NCBI GenBank assembly: GCA_051362555.1
Contig: CM120641.1
Span: forward strand, 2,852,001 to 2,916,000
Reading direction: 5' to 3'
DNA from: Lingula anatina
Lineage: Eukaryota; Animalia; Brachiopoda
DNA length: 64,000 bases
Shown here: piece by piece, positions 1-13,931 of the stretch
Layout: the number at the start of each line of letters is the position of its first letter
Numbering within the stretch: the stretch's first letter is position 1
Program-made: the position numbers and the translations under genes
The notes under the pieces: generated by a model
The model's database searches: none
What the model was told of the DNA's origin: nothing
What the model saw: only the letters and a program-made list of their open reading frames with translations

Positions 1-296
1 TTATAATTTATAAATCATTTTCACGTGCCAGTGTCGGGTCTGTAATGAAATAATTTACATGTTTTTTGTTGTTTTTTTTTACTATTTAAAAAACAATGTA
101 TTTAGGTCTAGCATTCAGATTACTTTTTGAACTCCATTATCATGTTGCTAAAACAAGAGATGTAAGTACATGATGTTCTTGATAAAAACCATACATAAAT
201 AGATTTTTCTGGTTGTGATAAGAAATTCACCTTGTTATTGCCCTTTAGCAAAAGGAGAGATTGAAGTTTAGAATTCATCTTGTATTTTTTTTTCAG

Positions 297-881
297 CCAA
301 AAGAGAAGAGTGTTTTGTTACCCATTCTGACAGTGCTTAGAATAGGATTTATTCCACTCTTCCTCTTGTGCAATTTCCAACCCAGAAAACATGGGGTGCC
401 AGTTGTATTCGACAGCGATGTGTATCCAGTAGTTTTCATTCTAATTTTTGCTGTGTCCAATGGATATCTTGGGACATTATGTATGATATACGGCCCCAAG
501 TAAGCATTGTTACTGTTTACTTCTTTTCCATTGTCTGTTCAAAGTTTTCTCATAGCGTTTCTTTTAATCTGCAATTGATATTTAATGTGAGGGTAATATA
601 TGCATTTCATAGCACTCTGAAAGCCTATTCCATTTTGTAAAATAATGACCTAGCATGAAGAAGAGAAAAAGATTGCAAAAGTGGAATAATAATGACATTA
701 TGTATTAGAAGAAAAAAAGTCTTTTATTGTAGTAAATTGTTAAAAAACAATTCTAAAATCTATTTTCAGGCATGTCCCTGCAGGAGATATGGAGGCAGCA
801 GGTGCTATCATGTCAGTGTTCCTCACAGTGGGGCTGGGCCTTGGATCACTCTTCTCCTTTGCTCTAATCAAATTGGTCTGA
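297..881 (+). CDS. Equilibrative nucleoside transporter (SLC29/ENT family), last two coding exons 297-499 and 770-881; 5' part lies outside the window
   Basis: Translation PKEKSVLLPILTVLRIGFIPLFLLCNFQPR...FAVSNGYLGTLCMIYGPK|HVPAGDMEAAGAIMSVFLTVGLGLGSLFSFALIKLV* matches the ENT C-terminal TM helices (RxxFIPLFxLCN, SNGY motifs). GT-AG intron is phase-compatible. Confidence 0.93.
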
Positions 882-2876
882 AGTCCATATTCTCAGTTCT
901 CATTTGCAAAACCCTGGATTTTCACCTCTCTGCAGGCTTGCCATTTGGTCGTGTATTCACACTAAATTGCATAGCAGTGGATCAGTTTGCATCAATTTAG
1001 ATTTTAGTTTGTTTCAATTTTGTATCAGTTTCACCTGGATTTTGAGAGTAGTGAGTGAGATGTTAACTTACAGTCTCCATTACTGAGGTGGGTTTAATTT
1101 GTAATACAGAGTCTACTACAGACCAAAACTCAGGGTTTGTTATTTCAAATATGCCAATTATATGCCTGCCATAGAAAAGGGGTCCAATTTGTCATTTCAT
1201 CAGGAACAGCCATGGGTTGTTGGACACCTTTGACATAGTTTCTCAGAGAAGTTCTCCACATGGAAGCATTTATCGAAGCAGATTCGTATGCTTACATCAT
1301 GAGGTACCACTATTTAAGACTGGACCACTTAAAAGTGCGTCTTTTTGACTGGGACTCTTTGCTGCACTGATTTGAAGTCTTCCAGTTACCAATTAACAAT
1401 TACAGGTTTTTAACTGAGCAGCAAAGTAATATGTTTGTAGATTTTGATATACTTTATTCTTACAATTATGAATTCCTCTTTTATGAAATCATTTTGTAGA
1501 GAAATTTGGATCTTTTGATAGTATTCATTGTACATACTGAGGCATACTTTCTCTTGTGAAAAAGACTATAAGGAAGTGAGTAGATCCACTCCTTAGTCTT
1601 TCATTTAAAAAAAAAAAAAAAAAAAAAAACGCTGTGGAAGATATTTGTTTAACATAAAAATGTCTCATGTTTCAGTACAACGAGAATTTTTTTATCATTT
1701 CGGATATAAAATTTTTAGTGGATGATCCAAGTCTCCAGTGAAATGAACTCGAGATTTAATGTTAATGTAATGGTAAAACATCTACTGATAAAGTGATTTT
1801 GAATGAGTGATGTAGAGCCAGCTTGTAGGTATAATTCCCCCTTATATCATATATGACATATTGTAATGGATAGATGACAAATATGCTAAATAACATCAAC
1901 TTCAGTTTGTGCACAGAATATTTTTGAAACCTGGAGATCATGCAATTCTTAAAAACTTGTGTTAGGATTTTGAGGGTTTTATGGCTATGCAGTTGTTTAA
2001 GATGTAATTATGGGTAATACGAATTCTTTGAAGAGCCCTTTGAATCTTGTCAGGTATTTTTAATTAATTAAAAAAAAAAGACTGCCTATTGCTATACATG
2101 ATCAATAAAAGAAACTATTTTATGGACTGTATTGATGAAAATATATCCTTCTCTGCTCATGTAGTTGTAATTATATTTTAAAAATTGATTTCTTAAAATA
2201 AATGACTATAACTAACTGAATACATTACATGTACATCTTATTTATTTCTTTATTGTTATGATTATTTAACACATCAAAATTACAAATTCAGCTTCTTCAT
2301 TTAAATCACAATTACATGTTTAAGTCTGTATTTTGTACACATATATATATGTGTGCGTGTGATGGCAATCATGACTATAAATGTGCAGGTGTACTTTTAC
2401 AAATAACTATATACATCAGCAGACATACCCATTTCAGACAAAGCAACAGCATGACAAACATAATGCAAAGTTAAAATAAAAATAAGCTTTACATTTGTAG
2501 TCAAACATTAAGTTATCAAAATTACACCAGCAGATATTTATTAATATATCATGTATTATTTGATGTAAATGCAATAGCACTTTTATTAGAATCGGGAGGG
2601 ATTTAGTGACATCAGTCAATGGAGAAATATCTAAAGATTTTACAAGAACCATTGGATACAGGCACTTTAACCCTGGTAAATACATGGCAAAGGAATTTGG
2701 TACACGTACATCATGAATCCTCTGGATTCATTTTACTACAATAAAATTTTCTAACTTGTCCAGGATTTCCCAAAACATTTTCTCAAGTAGCAGACTTAAC
2801 TTGTCTACCACTACCACCATTACTACTCGCTTCAATTTTTGCCTCAAAGAAATGTTTATCACTTCTCAAGATTTTT

Positions 2877-5800
2877 TCAAGTAACAGTCTCAACGGCTCT
2901 GCTGTCTTCCTGGAAGGCCGTTCTGACATCTGGAATGCCGAGGACGCCATCTTGGCCATCTTTACCTCCCACGTCTGCCTGGGTCAGGAAGGTATGGTCA
3001 GCATCGTAGTCTTCTTCTACAGACCTGTAACAAGGGCAGAGGTGTAGGCATTTCTCAAAATTATGAGTGAGAATAGAAGGGGTTGAGAATGGGATTTGAC
3101 CCTGAATTTCAAAGGCATGGTGGTATGACTCCCCCCCAACACCAGTACATGGTAAAAATTCTCGGTAAAAATTTGTTGTTGGTGGAGGAGAGATGGTGCC
3201 AGCACTCAGGCTTGAGATTTGTTGAAAAGACAAAACAAAAACTGATGGTGATTACAAATGGTCAAAACTGACTACTGAACATTTGACATGCCCTGATTAG
3301 ATTTTAGCATTAACAGATACTACCCGGTACAAAGCTGTTTTGGTTTACACTTACTGCTGTGTGATGCTAAGCATCCCGTGTCCAGTTTGTATGGCAGGAA
3401 ATGCGGTGCGGGATCTCGTGGGTGTGGCGGCAGCTTCTTTCTTGGTTCCGTTCATTTTGGCAAACAAAGTCCTCAGAACCTTCTCTTTCTGCTCCCAGGT
3501 CAGGTCACTAATGTCCACTTGGCCTGACAAGTCCAGCCTACAAAGATGAATTAGAACTTTTATCTATCTATCAATTTATCTATTTATGACTTAACTATCT
3601 ATCTGTCTATCTACTGGTATGCCTTCAGAGACGGCCCCCCAGCTAATTAAAACCTCTCACAGATTGAATAATCTTATGCAACATCAATAATGTACTCAAA
3701 TATTACATGAGGTAATAAAATTTTGAAATACTGCCAACCTATGAATTATGTATGGTATACGTATGCTACTGAATGACAAAAATATACATATACACCAATG
3801 CTTGTATGTTTATACTCTTTGGTTACTGCCTGATCTATTTAGTATCTAATAAGTGGGATATAACATGTACCTGTGTTGCAAAAAAGAGTTACATTATCCA
3901 GTCAAATGGTTTATAGTTGTGTCAAATGAGACATTTTTCTTAAATATTTGATATAATTTCGTAGGCTGAAAATGAATCACTCAGATAAATTAATGATCTC
4001 ACTAACTATTATTCATTAATGAGTAGCTTTAATTAGACTTTTTGACTATCCACCCTTTATTTGTACTGTAGGTAATACATGTGACAAACAACAAAATAGT
4101 CAAAATATTTCACAATTTGGATTATCAATACTTTCCTGGTTCAACAAAAAACATGCTTTATATAATAATAACAGTAATGAAATATTTATGTAGACAGAAT
4201 GTGGGTTTGTGTTTGAGCTATATCTCTGCTCTTGTTAAATAGATTAAAAGCCAAAGAGCTGGCACAGATGGAACTGAAGAATTACAAAATGGGTTTTATT
4301 TCTGATACATCTTCCATTTTGTTGGATTCGTCATCATCATGGGTAAGTTTCTGAAGAATTCAATTTAATTATAACATGCTGTTTTGGATCATAGAATAAA
4401 TCAGAGTGATGTCAAAGGTATTGTTAAACATATTCAGTAATTATTTAGTAAAAATCCATGATACAATGAAGGGTTGAAACTACTTTAACTCATTCAAGTC
4501 ATCTGCTAGAGCCATTAGCATGGCAACCAAACTAAAATTTGCCTGTTTTACATATATATATATATCAAAATGTCACCAAAATTCAACATCAATGGAATAG
4601 TAATGGATTCTTGATTTCATGTAGAACAAATTTGTAAATCTTGCCACTAAGAAGAAGCTACACCCAAGGGGGGGGGGGGGGGGGGGGAGTTAAATTAACA
4701 CAAAAGAAGCGCAATTTATAGGATGGGGTATAACAATTCAAGATTGAAACATACGGGACCTGCAGGTATAACCTTGGGCAAGCAAGTACAACATTCACAT
4801 TCTACTTACTTTTTGTCCTGTCTGGTTTAAAATGACCACAAAATACATGTATGCGTGTTAGTAATTTACAGAAATAAAAGAAAAGATTTCAAAATACTTA
4901 AAGAGGTTCAGCAAAAATTAACAACATCATATACAACACATATTTCAAGAAATAACTAAAAGAATTAGTATGTAATTCCAACCCAGACTAACACTATGGC
5001 TCTGTTGTCATCAGCCAAAACTGGTTTGATCAAAGTGACATCACAAAGTGGACAGAAGGTTGATTGTAGCATGTTATGCAGAAACCACAGTATTGTTATG
5101 GTAAACCTGAAGTAATTGCAATCAGCTCCTCACTTAAACTGAATGTTCACTGATTAACTGATTGCATTACATCCTACAGAAGCCTGCTGCATGTACTGTT
5201 TTGATCAATGCTTTCTCTCTTCTTTCACTTTGTAACACGGTGAATTTGGACCAAAACAAGTTCTGATGTACAGAGAGAATATTTGTATTACTTACAATCT
5301 CTGAGCTGCCTCCAAGTCTTGGAAGACACTGTTGGTGCTGTTTTCAGATTTGTGGAACGTTCTGATCTTTGGATATTCTCCTCTTCCAGCATGGGCCGCT
5401 AACATTCTTTGTTGGTAGGCAGCATGGGCATCCTTTTTGTATTGTAATCTAAAACGAGATGATAAACCATTAGTCTTTAGCATCTGCCAATTATCTCTTT
5501 CAAATAATTCTGTTATATTGCAGTATCTCAAATTTCTAATAAAACCTCTGTGTTAGTTCCTGATCCAATTAAGAATGGGATCATTTATATGTCATTATTT
5601 TCTACCAGATTATCATGTACGTGCTATGTCACAATCTTGTATCTCTTTAGGTAGTGCACTATTTATATTGATTTGACACAGGGGAGTGGTATGCATATGG
5701 GAGGGGAGGGGAAGGGATGCTTAGGATGTAGTCCTTGGCTTATATATACACCTAAGTATTCTAATATGATATGAAATGAAAGGACTGTGTTTGACTGGTA

Positions 5801-8800
5801 ATATAAACATGCTGGATATCACAGTTTTCGCTATAATAACAGACTGAGTGTAATACTGAGGAATGAGGTGCATGCAGGCATTGCTGTACATTATTGGTCG
5901 TTATTGGGATAATTTTACTTACTGTGGAATCCGTTTCCTCAAACTGTTCATGAGAATATAGATTTTTAAAAACTATAATCAATAGATTTAATCTGTATTC
6001 AAAAAGCATACAGCTTTTATACTTTGCATTAGGTGATAGAGATATATCTAGGGAATCAATAACTTGAATTTGTAGGAAATATGAAAAGATGGCATCACAG
6101 CATAAAATGAATATATGACTTTGATAACATTATATTTTATATGTTAGAATGTGGCAAGGAAAAGAAACTTGAATGAATGAAAGAATGCATGAAATTAAAT
6201 ATAAAAGCTGTAACAACTTACTGGTTTGCAGCTATTTCAGATTTCACATTTTCCAGTGCTTCCAAGAAAAATTGCTCAATCTGTGTTCTTTGGTCTAGAA
6301 TGTTTCTAGCTAGTCTTTTAACTTTGTTCATCTCTTTTGTTTTTAATTCAACAGTCCTTTGGAGTTTGACAATTTCATTTTTGCTGGATTCATTTTCTAT
6401 TTGAAACTTTTCAATCAAGGCTTGTCTGTCTCGCTCAAATTCCCTAACCACATGGCTCAGTGACTGTTCCAATGTCTGGATTTTTTCTTGTTGCTGGAAA
6501 AAGAACACAAAAATTATCATCTCAACATTACCTAAATAATACCTTTTTTTGATAAATGGTTTTGATTAGCTGGTCAATTAGTAAATTAAAGTAAAATAAC
6601 TGCAAAATCTTGTTCGAGTTTGGCAAAAATATATGTAACCTAAACTGGCCAAATATCAATGAACCTATATGTTGTGATTGTCATTGCCATCATTACCACA
6701 TGGCATAATATTAACCAACATATATTACACAAGAAAGTTATTTACAAACAGGTGAGGAGGGAGTATATTAAAATTTTTGATCTAAAGCACTGTATGCCAA
6801 CCTCTTTCAAAGCCTGTTTTTGTTGCTTAGATTTTATGACTTTCTCTTGCACAAGAGCTTCGTGCAGTTCTTTTTCTCCTGTCAAATGCTCGTTTTCCTC
6901 CTCCAGTTTTTTCTTTCTAGATTTAAGCTCATCACTTTCTTTGACGTGAAAGCCCAATGCTTCTGACAGCCTCACGTTTTCCTTGTAGATTGACCTTGTA
7001 GTTTCATCAAGATTTCTAAAATAATAATAATAATAATTAATAAAGAAATAAAAATAAAATAAACAAATATAAATTAGATGTGTCAGTATAACCTATTTCA
7101 TTTTTGTATGCTGAATGTTGTTTTATTTCTTATAAATTTTTGAGAAGTAAAATTTAACCACTACATTGTTCATGTAAATAGCAATGCAATGGCCTACATA
7201 TGTATAAAACAATTCTGTAAGATGCATTAATTATTTAATAATATATTTACACTATAGCTTCCAGGTGAGCTTTCTCAGCAAGCTCTGCAATTTTCTGGTT
7301 AGCCTCTTGTTGCAACCGCATCTGAAAATTAAAAAAGGACATTATCAAAGCATTTCTTCCCATTTACATTGTCTTCTTCTGGATGCATCTTTTATGTAAA
7401 AACAGACTTTATTATCCATTAAAATTTGTATAGCTCTTTAATATTATCATTATCAAATTATCTAATATAATATACAACAAATATTTATAACAAAAACACA
7501 GCAAATACCTTTTCCTCAAAGAATTTCTGCTCCATTCTTGTCAGTGTGGTTTTATGCTCTTTGTTTGCAACAAACATAGCATCTTTAATCTGAAAACAGG
7601 TAGAAAATAAGAAAATATAACCCAATGAACACCATAAGTCTGTACAAATTAATTGCCCTTTCATGCAAAATGCATAATCCATAGCTGTCTTACAGCATAA
7701 ATTATTATTAAAATCCAAGTAGCACATTTTATTTAATTATGCATAGCCATCTACCAATACATCTAGGCCAATGTACAGAGATCAGTAATGCGTTCACAGA
7801 ACTATACTCAACAGAAGTAAGTACACAGTAATTATCATTATTTTGTGTTGAGAATTAGATACTACTATAGATACTATGTTTTCCTAGAAATTTTCATTAC
7901 AAAAATTCAGCTGTAGATCAACCATACAAAAATGAAGATGCTTTGGTTGGTGTATGTATTGTATACACACACACACATACACATACACACACTGGGAACT
8001 CTATCAAATCATTTGATCTGTCTTTGGAGAACATCTACTGACAGTCTGTCTCACAGGGCTGCCACTTGGCAGTGACAGACTTTAAATGCTGATGTCTGTA
8101 GAGAGTGGTTAAAACTGTGCGGAGATTGCTTTGACCTTTTACTAGGAACATTGGTCACTTATATAGACTAACTGATCAAATGGCTTATACATGAGATGGT
8201 CATAGATGAGATTATATAGTAAAGTACACGGGTGGTTGACTTTGGTCAGAAATATGGATGGGTTCATATAAATTGCAGGAACCATGATTATAACTGCATT
8301 TTGCTTGAAGACCCACTTAAACATTTCATCTCAAGTCTTGGCAATATTAAATGACTTAAAATATTTACTTCTGATATTCACTTTTCTTGACAGTTTATGT
8401 GGGATAACTATAAATAGAGTTCAGGCATAGCCCACCTCATCCAACTCTCTCTGCATCTGAGCTCTTTTCTTTCTGAATTCTTTAACCATTTTCAGTTCTT
8501 TCTGGAGTACTTCAATATCCTTATTTTTCTTCTCTAGTTTATCTTCCAAATCCTTGATCTGTTCATTGCAGTCATCAATCTGGAAGAGATATGTTGGAAT
8601 TTAAGAATAATTTTGTACATTTCTTTCACCGTTATGGCAAGCACTTGCAGATTGTATATATATATCAGGCCCGTAGCCAGCAATTTCAAAAGGGGGGGGG
8701 GGGGTTCTTTTTCTGAAAAAGTGGACCTTTTCCCATCAAAACTTCATGTACCTTGATCAAATTTTACCCAAAGTGGACCTTTTTCCAGCAAAAGGGGCGG

Positions 8801-11800
8801 TTCTTTCGAACCCCCCGAACCCCCCCTGGCTACGGGCCTGTATATATATATATATATATTGAAGGCTACAAAAGACATTAGACATTTAAACAGCAAAATA
8901 ACCCTTAAGTATTTCTAGGTGAAATTGCTAACTACAATTTTAATGCCAAGGGCTCAAACAAAACTTATAATTAATGTAATCAAAAACTTACAATTGTTTC
9001 CTTTTCTTTTCTGTGTTCTGTCTTTAGATCCTTGATTTGCCTTTGCAGTTTTTCAATCTATAAAAGAGAAATTAAAACAACAGATAATAATATGCCTTAC
9101 AGCAATTTCCATAAATTGTGGTTTTACAAGTTTCTTTATGACTGGTTATTACCTTTATCATGACTTGATGCTGATATTAAGCTTTCCCATTTCATTTGTA
9201 AGTTTTTTATTTATATATTATTATTAATTTTTATTAACTTTATCACAGAAATCAACAAAACGCTGAGTTGTTCCTTTAATTTACCACAAAGTCATAACTC
9301 GCATTAGCCATGTATTGTACTTACACCTTCATCTTTCTCCTGATCTTTAGTTTTAAGGAAAGAGATCACTTCTATTGTGTCCTTCTCCGTCTGATGCATA
9401 GCACTCTGGAGGTCCTGGTTCTGTTCCGCCAGTCTCCGGGCATTCTCTCTGGAAAACATTGACAGGGTGGATTTAGTACTCGTAACTGTGTCAAACATTT
9501 CAATAATTATCATTTCAGAAAGTACACCCCGAGTGTGCAATATCTGTGCACAGGTTTTAAACAGAACTCATCTCATGAAATTCTTGTTTCTATGGTATTT
9601 TGATACAGTGTTCCTGTATACAGATGAAAACACTTTATAATCATGTAGAGTGTATCTTTAATTGAAAAAAGAACAAATTGATCAGATTAAGTGCAAACTT
9701 GACTTACCTGTATTCCTGCCTGGAAGCTTCTAGCACATTCAGTTTGGTTTCCCATACTTTGGCACTGGCTGTTGCTATGGCAACCTTACTCTCAGCCTTC
9801 TTGGACTTCTTTCCCTTCTTCCTGTAAACAATTAAAAAGGCAGTTGAAATTTTACTGACAGAGAACTCTGCTACATCCTGTACAACTCAGGTAATTTGTA
9901 ACCTGAGATGATTGTTGCTGTACCACATTGGCAGATCAGGAGGGAGATCCCCACCCCCCTCTTTTCCCTATCACTGTAAGTGGCATTTAGGTATACATCT
10001 TAACTATAAATTATGATTAATGAAAATCAGAGTATGTGTATAAAAAATTATCTGAAAATATTTATTAAGAATATTTAAAAAAAAAACAGTGTTCAAACAA
10101 TTCCAACCACTGGCTTGCTAATGACTGTGAAAACATAAATACAAAAACCTGGATATCTAATTTAAAGAAAGACATTTTATTTGTTCTTCTGCATTTCAAA
10201 ATATTACAAATCCAAGAGTTGACAACCAAAGCATTATTTTAAATTGAAGTTAAAACATATAAGATGCTTTACTGAAGATATTATATGATATTAAATATAT
10301 TTAATGAATCAGTGAGTGACTAAGCCCATTTTCGGTTATTTCCACTATACTGCTATGCCCTTAATGTAGTCAGGGCTTTATTCCCAATTTCATAACATGT
10401 TTGTAATTATATTTACTGTAGTAATGCATAAGATGACTGGTGTCTCTGCACAGTTTAGTATATTTCTCATTTAAAATTTAAATGTGTAATAAAACATTGT
10501 ATAAATTATTGAGTGGAAACAAATATATCATTCAACATAAAATAACACCATATATTAAAATTCTTTTGAATTGATCTTGGATCTGTTACAATCTCACTAA
10601 CATAGATTTCTTAAAATGAAAAATATATGTTGTAAGTATAGAAAATGAGGGAGGCAAATACATGTATCTCATTCTTTTAAACTAATATTTATATAACACT
10701 TTTAATGTCCATACTTTTTACTAGTAGTATCTAGTTTCTCATGGATATGTTGAGCTACCATGTATTTTATCAAGTTCTAACATTGTGTACTGCATTTTAT
10801 GGGTTAAATTCAGAGAAATTCTAACTTCTTGAATCTATCATCCTCAATAGTTCATTTCACAAATGTATCCCCTGGTTCTATGACATTCCACGTCATTCCA
10901 GTAGAAATCTTCACCATGATCTAGAAGCACACAGTCTTCTTCATTTCCAGACTTCCTGCCATTATCTGGGTTTTTGGAGTCCCACTTGGTGTACTCCAGT
11001 CTCTTACCAGTGGACATCCACATGAATCTTCCTTCCCTCCCAACATCATGTGCCGCAGTCCAAAAGTCCCTCCTTCTCAAATCTGTAAAACAAAGAGGAT
11101 TAATATTGAATAAACTTGAATTGTTTTCCACTAATCTTAAAAGGATTGATCAATATGTACAGTAATATCATGACTATTATTTTTAAAACAATAATTCATA
11201 TACCATCCTTTGTAAGATTGGAGGGTTTTAATTTCTTGCCATATTCTAAATATCACATGAAATTGTCTCAGAATAGTCATAGATTGAAACTCACCACTGT
11301 CTTGTTCTATTGTTGTCCTTAAAAAGTCATTTTCTGCTTTTGTTTCTATGGCAACAAGTCTTGCACCATACTCTCCACATTCTCTGTCTGCTTCATTCCA
11401 AGCTTTCTCTGGCAAGCCAACAAATTTGTAGCAAGACTTCAAAGCTTTGTTATCGATGAACCCTCCAGGACATGTAAATGCTGAGTATCAGAAATATGAA
11501 TTACAATCAATCAGAAAATGATTTAAGATGTTCAAATCACAAAAACAGAATTCTTTTTCTTTCTTTTTGTGCAAATGCATATTTGAAACAATCTTACGAA
11601 AGAAAAATGAAATTTTATTATTTATTTTTTTCATTAATAAATAAAATTATTTGCCATTTTCAAAAAAGAAAAAAAAGAAAAAAAGGATAAAGAAATCCTA
11701 CCTGTCACTCCCTGGGATAGGTTTTTGGCAGCATTCACCTTGCACTGGGAAAGCTCAGTGATCACAAGATTATACTTCTCCGCGACCAGCTGCATGGCAG

Positions 11801-13306
11801 TCTGCAGGTTGGTCAGGGAGGTCTGAAGGAACTTGTTTTTACTTTCCATGGCTTGACAATCACACGGAGTAGAACCACCCACCAGGTTATTGACTAAAGA
11901 TCCCGAGGGAGGGATCTGACCCAGTGTAATAGGCAGGAGTAGTGCAAAAATGGTGAACAAAAGAAGTGCCATCTTTCTCTCAAGCCCACTGGACTTTGTT
12001 CATGTTCTGTAAGGGCCTTGACTGTATCAGTGTAATTAAGCTCCTATCTGTGGGCAAACAGATGACTTTGTTTACATTCATTAACTGTGACCTCATCTCA
12101 AGGTATCAGGGTATCATATCTACAGGAATTACAACCCACCATATTTACTCATTCCAAATGATTAAAACTACAAGGGGGATATTTTTTTAAAAAACATATA
12201 AAATGAAAAAATTTAAAAAGCCACTGCTGTCATGATTTAAAATAATTTTTGAGCAATAATTGGAAATAGAATAATTTTAGTCATAAATGCTTTTTCTTTT
12301 GCATGTAGACTTAAATATTTACTGAGAGATAATATATTTTTGAAGTCAACCTAATAGAATGTATGATAATCTAAGATAAGATTAGAATTATCTATAATCT
12401 CATCATCTGAAGATATTAATCAAAAGAAATGGAAATCTACAATGACTTTAAATTTCATATAAATAGGGCACTTAAAATAAAATAATTTTAAAGCCATCTC
12501 ATGTAAGCCAAAGCAGTGGCTAAAGGATGCAGCATTATAAGTGAACTGAAACACCTAAACCAAGGGACTTCTGATAGCAAAATGTAAGGATCATTTTTTG
12601 ATGATTTCAAATAAGAACATTTTGTGAAGATCAAAAAAGTTTCACATACTGAAATGACTATGGCATACATATAAAAAAATTTATTCATGAATTCATCAAA
12701 TACTTTTTCATGGCCACTTATAGATTATAACATAATAGTTACTTCAATAAACTGAACTCTATCAGTTAAAATAAATCCTTTCATGATATTGACCTTGGTT
12801 CTTTCACATAAAACTGGACTATAAAAAAATAGCACTGATAACAAATTAGTAACAACTATAATTTAATCAAACACCTTATAAAGTGCACTGGTTACTATTT
12901 GGGAGTGCATGGGCTTAAGCTTAAAATAATCAGGTGAAATGTCTTAAACTGTCACAAAGTGAACAGAAAAAAAAACAATTATTATAAAATTATAGAATGC
13001 AATACATGCAATTGTTATATGTGCTCTTGGAATGTGTGTACACTAATACTGTATGCTTCATTACTTACATGTTTTCCTCTTGTGTATTACTACCACATAA
13101 AACCATATTACACATCAAAATATTAAATTCAAAACTGATATGGCATTTGACCCAATCATACAATACTTGCAATCACTATCCATGTGAAAAATGATTGTTA
13201 GTAAAAGTTTTCTTACATCTTGATATAAAAAAAATTATGCTATCAATCTATAGCAAAAATGTAATGGACTTTTTAACTTCTTACAGCATTTTTCATAACT
13301 TATTAC

Positions 13307-13352
<46 letters not shown>

Positions 13353-13745
13353 CTATTTATTTATTTATTTATGTTTTGACAATGCTTTTTTAAAGGTAAG
13401 TTTGTGGAAGCTGGGCCTGGGGAATATTTTAAGATATACAATCATATGATCCCTAAAGGCCATGGCACTGGCTTGAACACGAATACTGGAAAATGGCACG
13501 TCAGTTTACAATTACCAATCACACTCTTTTACTAAAAACAAGATGTTCTAGCATAAAACACGTTCTAGTAGAATCCTTGTGTGTCACTCTCACTCAGTGT
13601 CATATTGGATCATTTGCAGATACTAGTAATTTCTCTTGCTCACGTTCTCTCTCTCTCTCTCTTTTGAATTCTATACGTCACAGTTCACTTACCCCTTCTT
13701 CCCCTTCCCTTTCCCCTTTCCTCCTTTCTTTGCTTTCTTGGGCAT
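2877..13745 (-). CDS. BBOF1: Basal body orientation factor 1 (CCDC176), 12 coding exons: 13745-13693, 9821-9708, 9448-9325, 9057-8992, 8579-8436, 7589-7509, 7321-7251, 7015-6802, 6493-6222, 5448-5296, 3537-3355, 3024-2877
   Basis: K/G-rich N-terminus MPKKAKKGGKGKGKGKK, a long coiled coil (KEFRRKRAQMQRELDE, MEQKFFEEKMRLQQEA, LARNILDQRTQIEQFFLEAL) and the conserved VDISDLTWEQKEKVLRTLFAKMN motif. All introns are GT-AG with consistent phases. Confidence 0.9.
8666..8840. mobile_element. 175-bp MITE inserted in a (TA)n tract in a BBOF1 intron
   Basis: Perfect 15-bp TIRs CAGGCCCGTAGCCAG / CTGGCTACGGGCCTG, internal direct repeat AAAGTGGACCTTTT (x2), G/C runs, and (TA)n on both flanks. Confidence 0.85.
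10844..11972 (-). CDS. Secreted C-type lectin (perlucin-like: signal peptide, coiled-coil neck, one CTLD), exons 11972-11702, 11480-11295, 11082-10844, about 231 aa; nested in BBOF1 intron 1
   Basis: Hydrophobic signal MALLLFTIFALLLPITLG, heptad segment LQTSLTNLQTAMQLVAEKYNLVITEL, and CTLD features CYKF, W-x-EA-x3-C, LVAIET, FWT, W-x3-NPDN, EDC, WNDVEC, YICE. Phase-1 GT-AG introns. Confidence 0.92.
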
Positions 13746-13837
13746 GTTTGTTGATTATATCATACTTATATCATATATTATAAAAATTCCCGAAAAAGAT
13801 TGTAAAATGTGAAACGAGAAGCAGTTGTGCTTCCCTT

Positions 13838-13851
13838 GTTGCTATCGTGAC
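13838..13851. promoter_or_regulatory. Candidate RFX X-box about 95 bp upstream of the BBOF1 ATG
   Basis: GTTGCTATCGTGAC (reverse GTCACGATAGCAAC) has one mismatch to GTHNYY-AT-RRNAAC. It sits proximal to a ciliary gene. Confidence 0.55.
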
Positions 13852-13915
13852 CGACTAAACGATAGATGGCCACTCAAGATGAGCCCATTTCAGTGGCAGC
13901 AGTTTGGCCCTCTTG

Positions 13916-13931
13916 TAGCGCCCTCTAGTGC
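13916..13931 (-). promoter_or_regulatory. Candidate CTCF site between divergent BBOF1 and ENTPD
   Basis: Minus strand GCACTAGAGGGCGCTA matches the CTCF core CCACYAGRKGGCRSYR at all but the first base, within a local GC/CpG-enriched patch. Confidence 0.6.

Noticed and set aside
11342-11355. X-box-like GTTTCTATGGCAAC in lectin exon 2
   Set aside because: Explained by the common C-type lectin peptide LVAIET.
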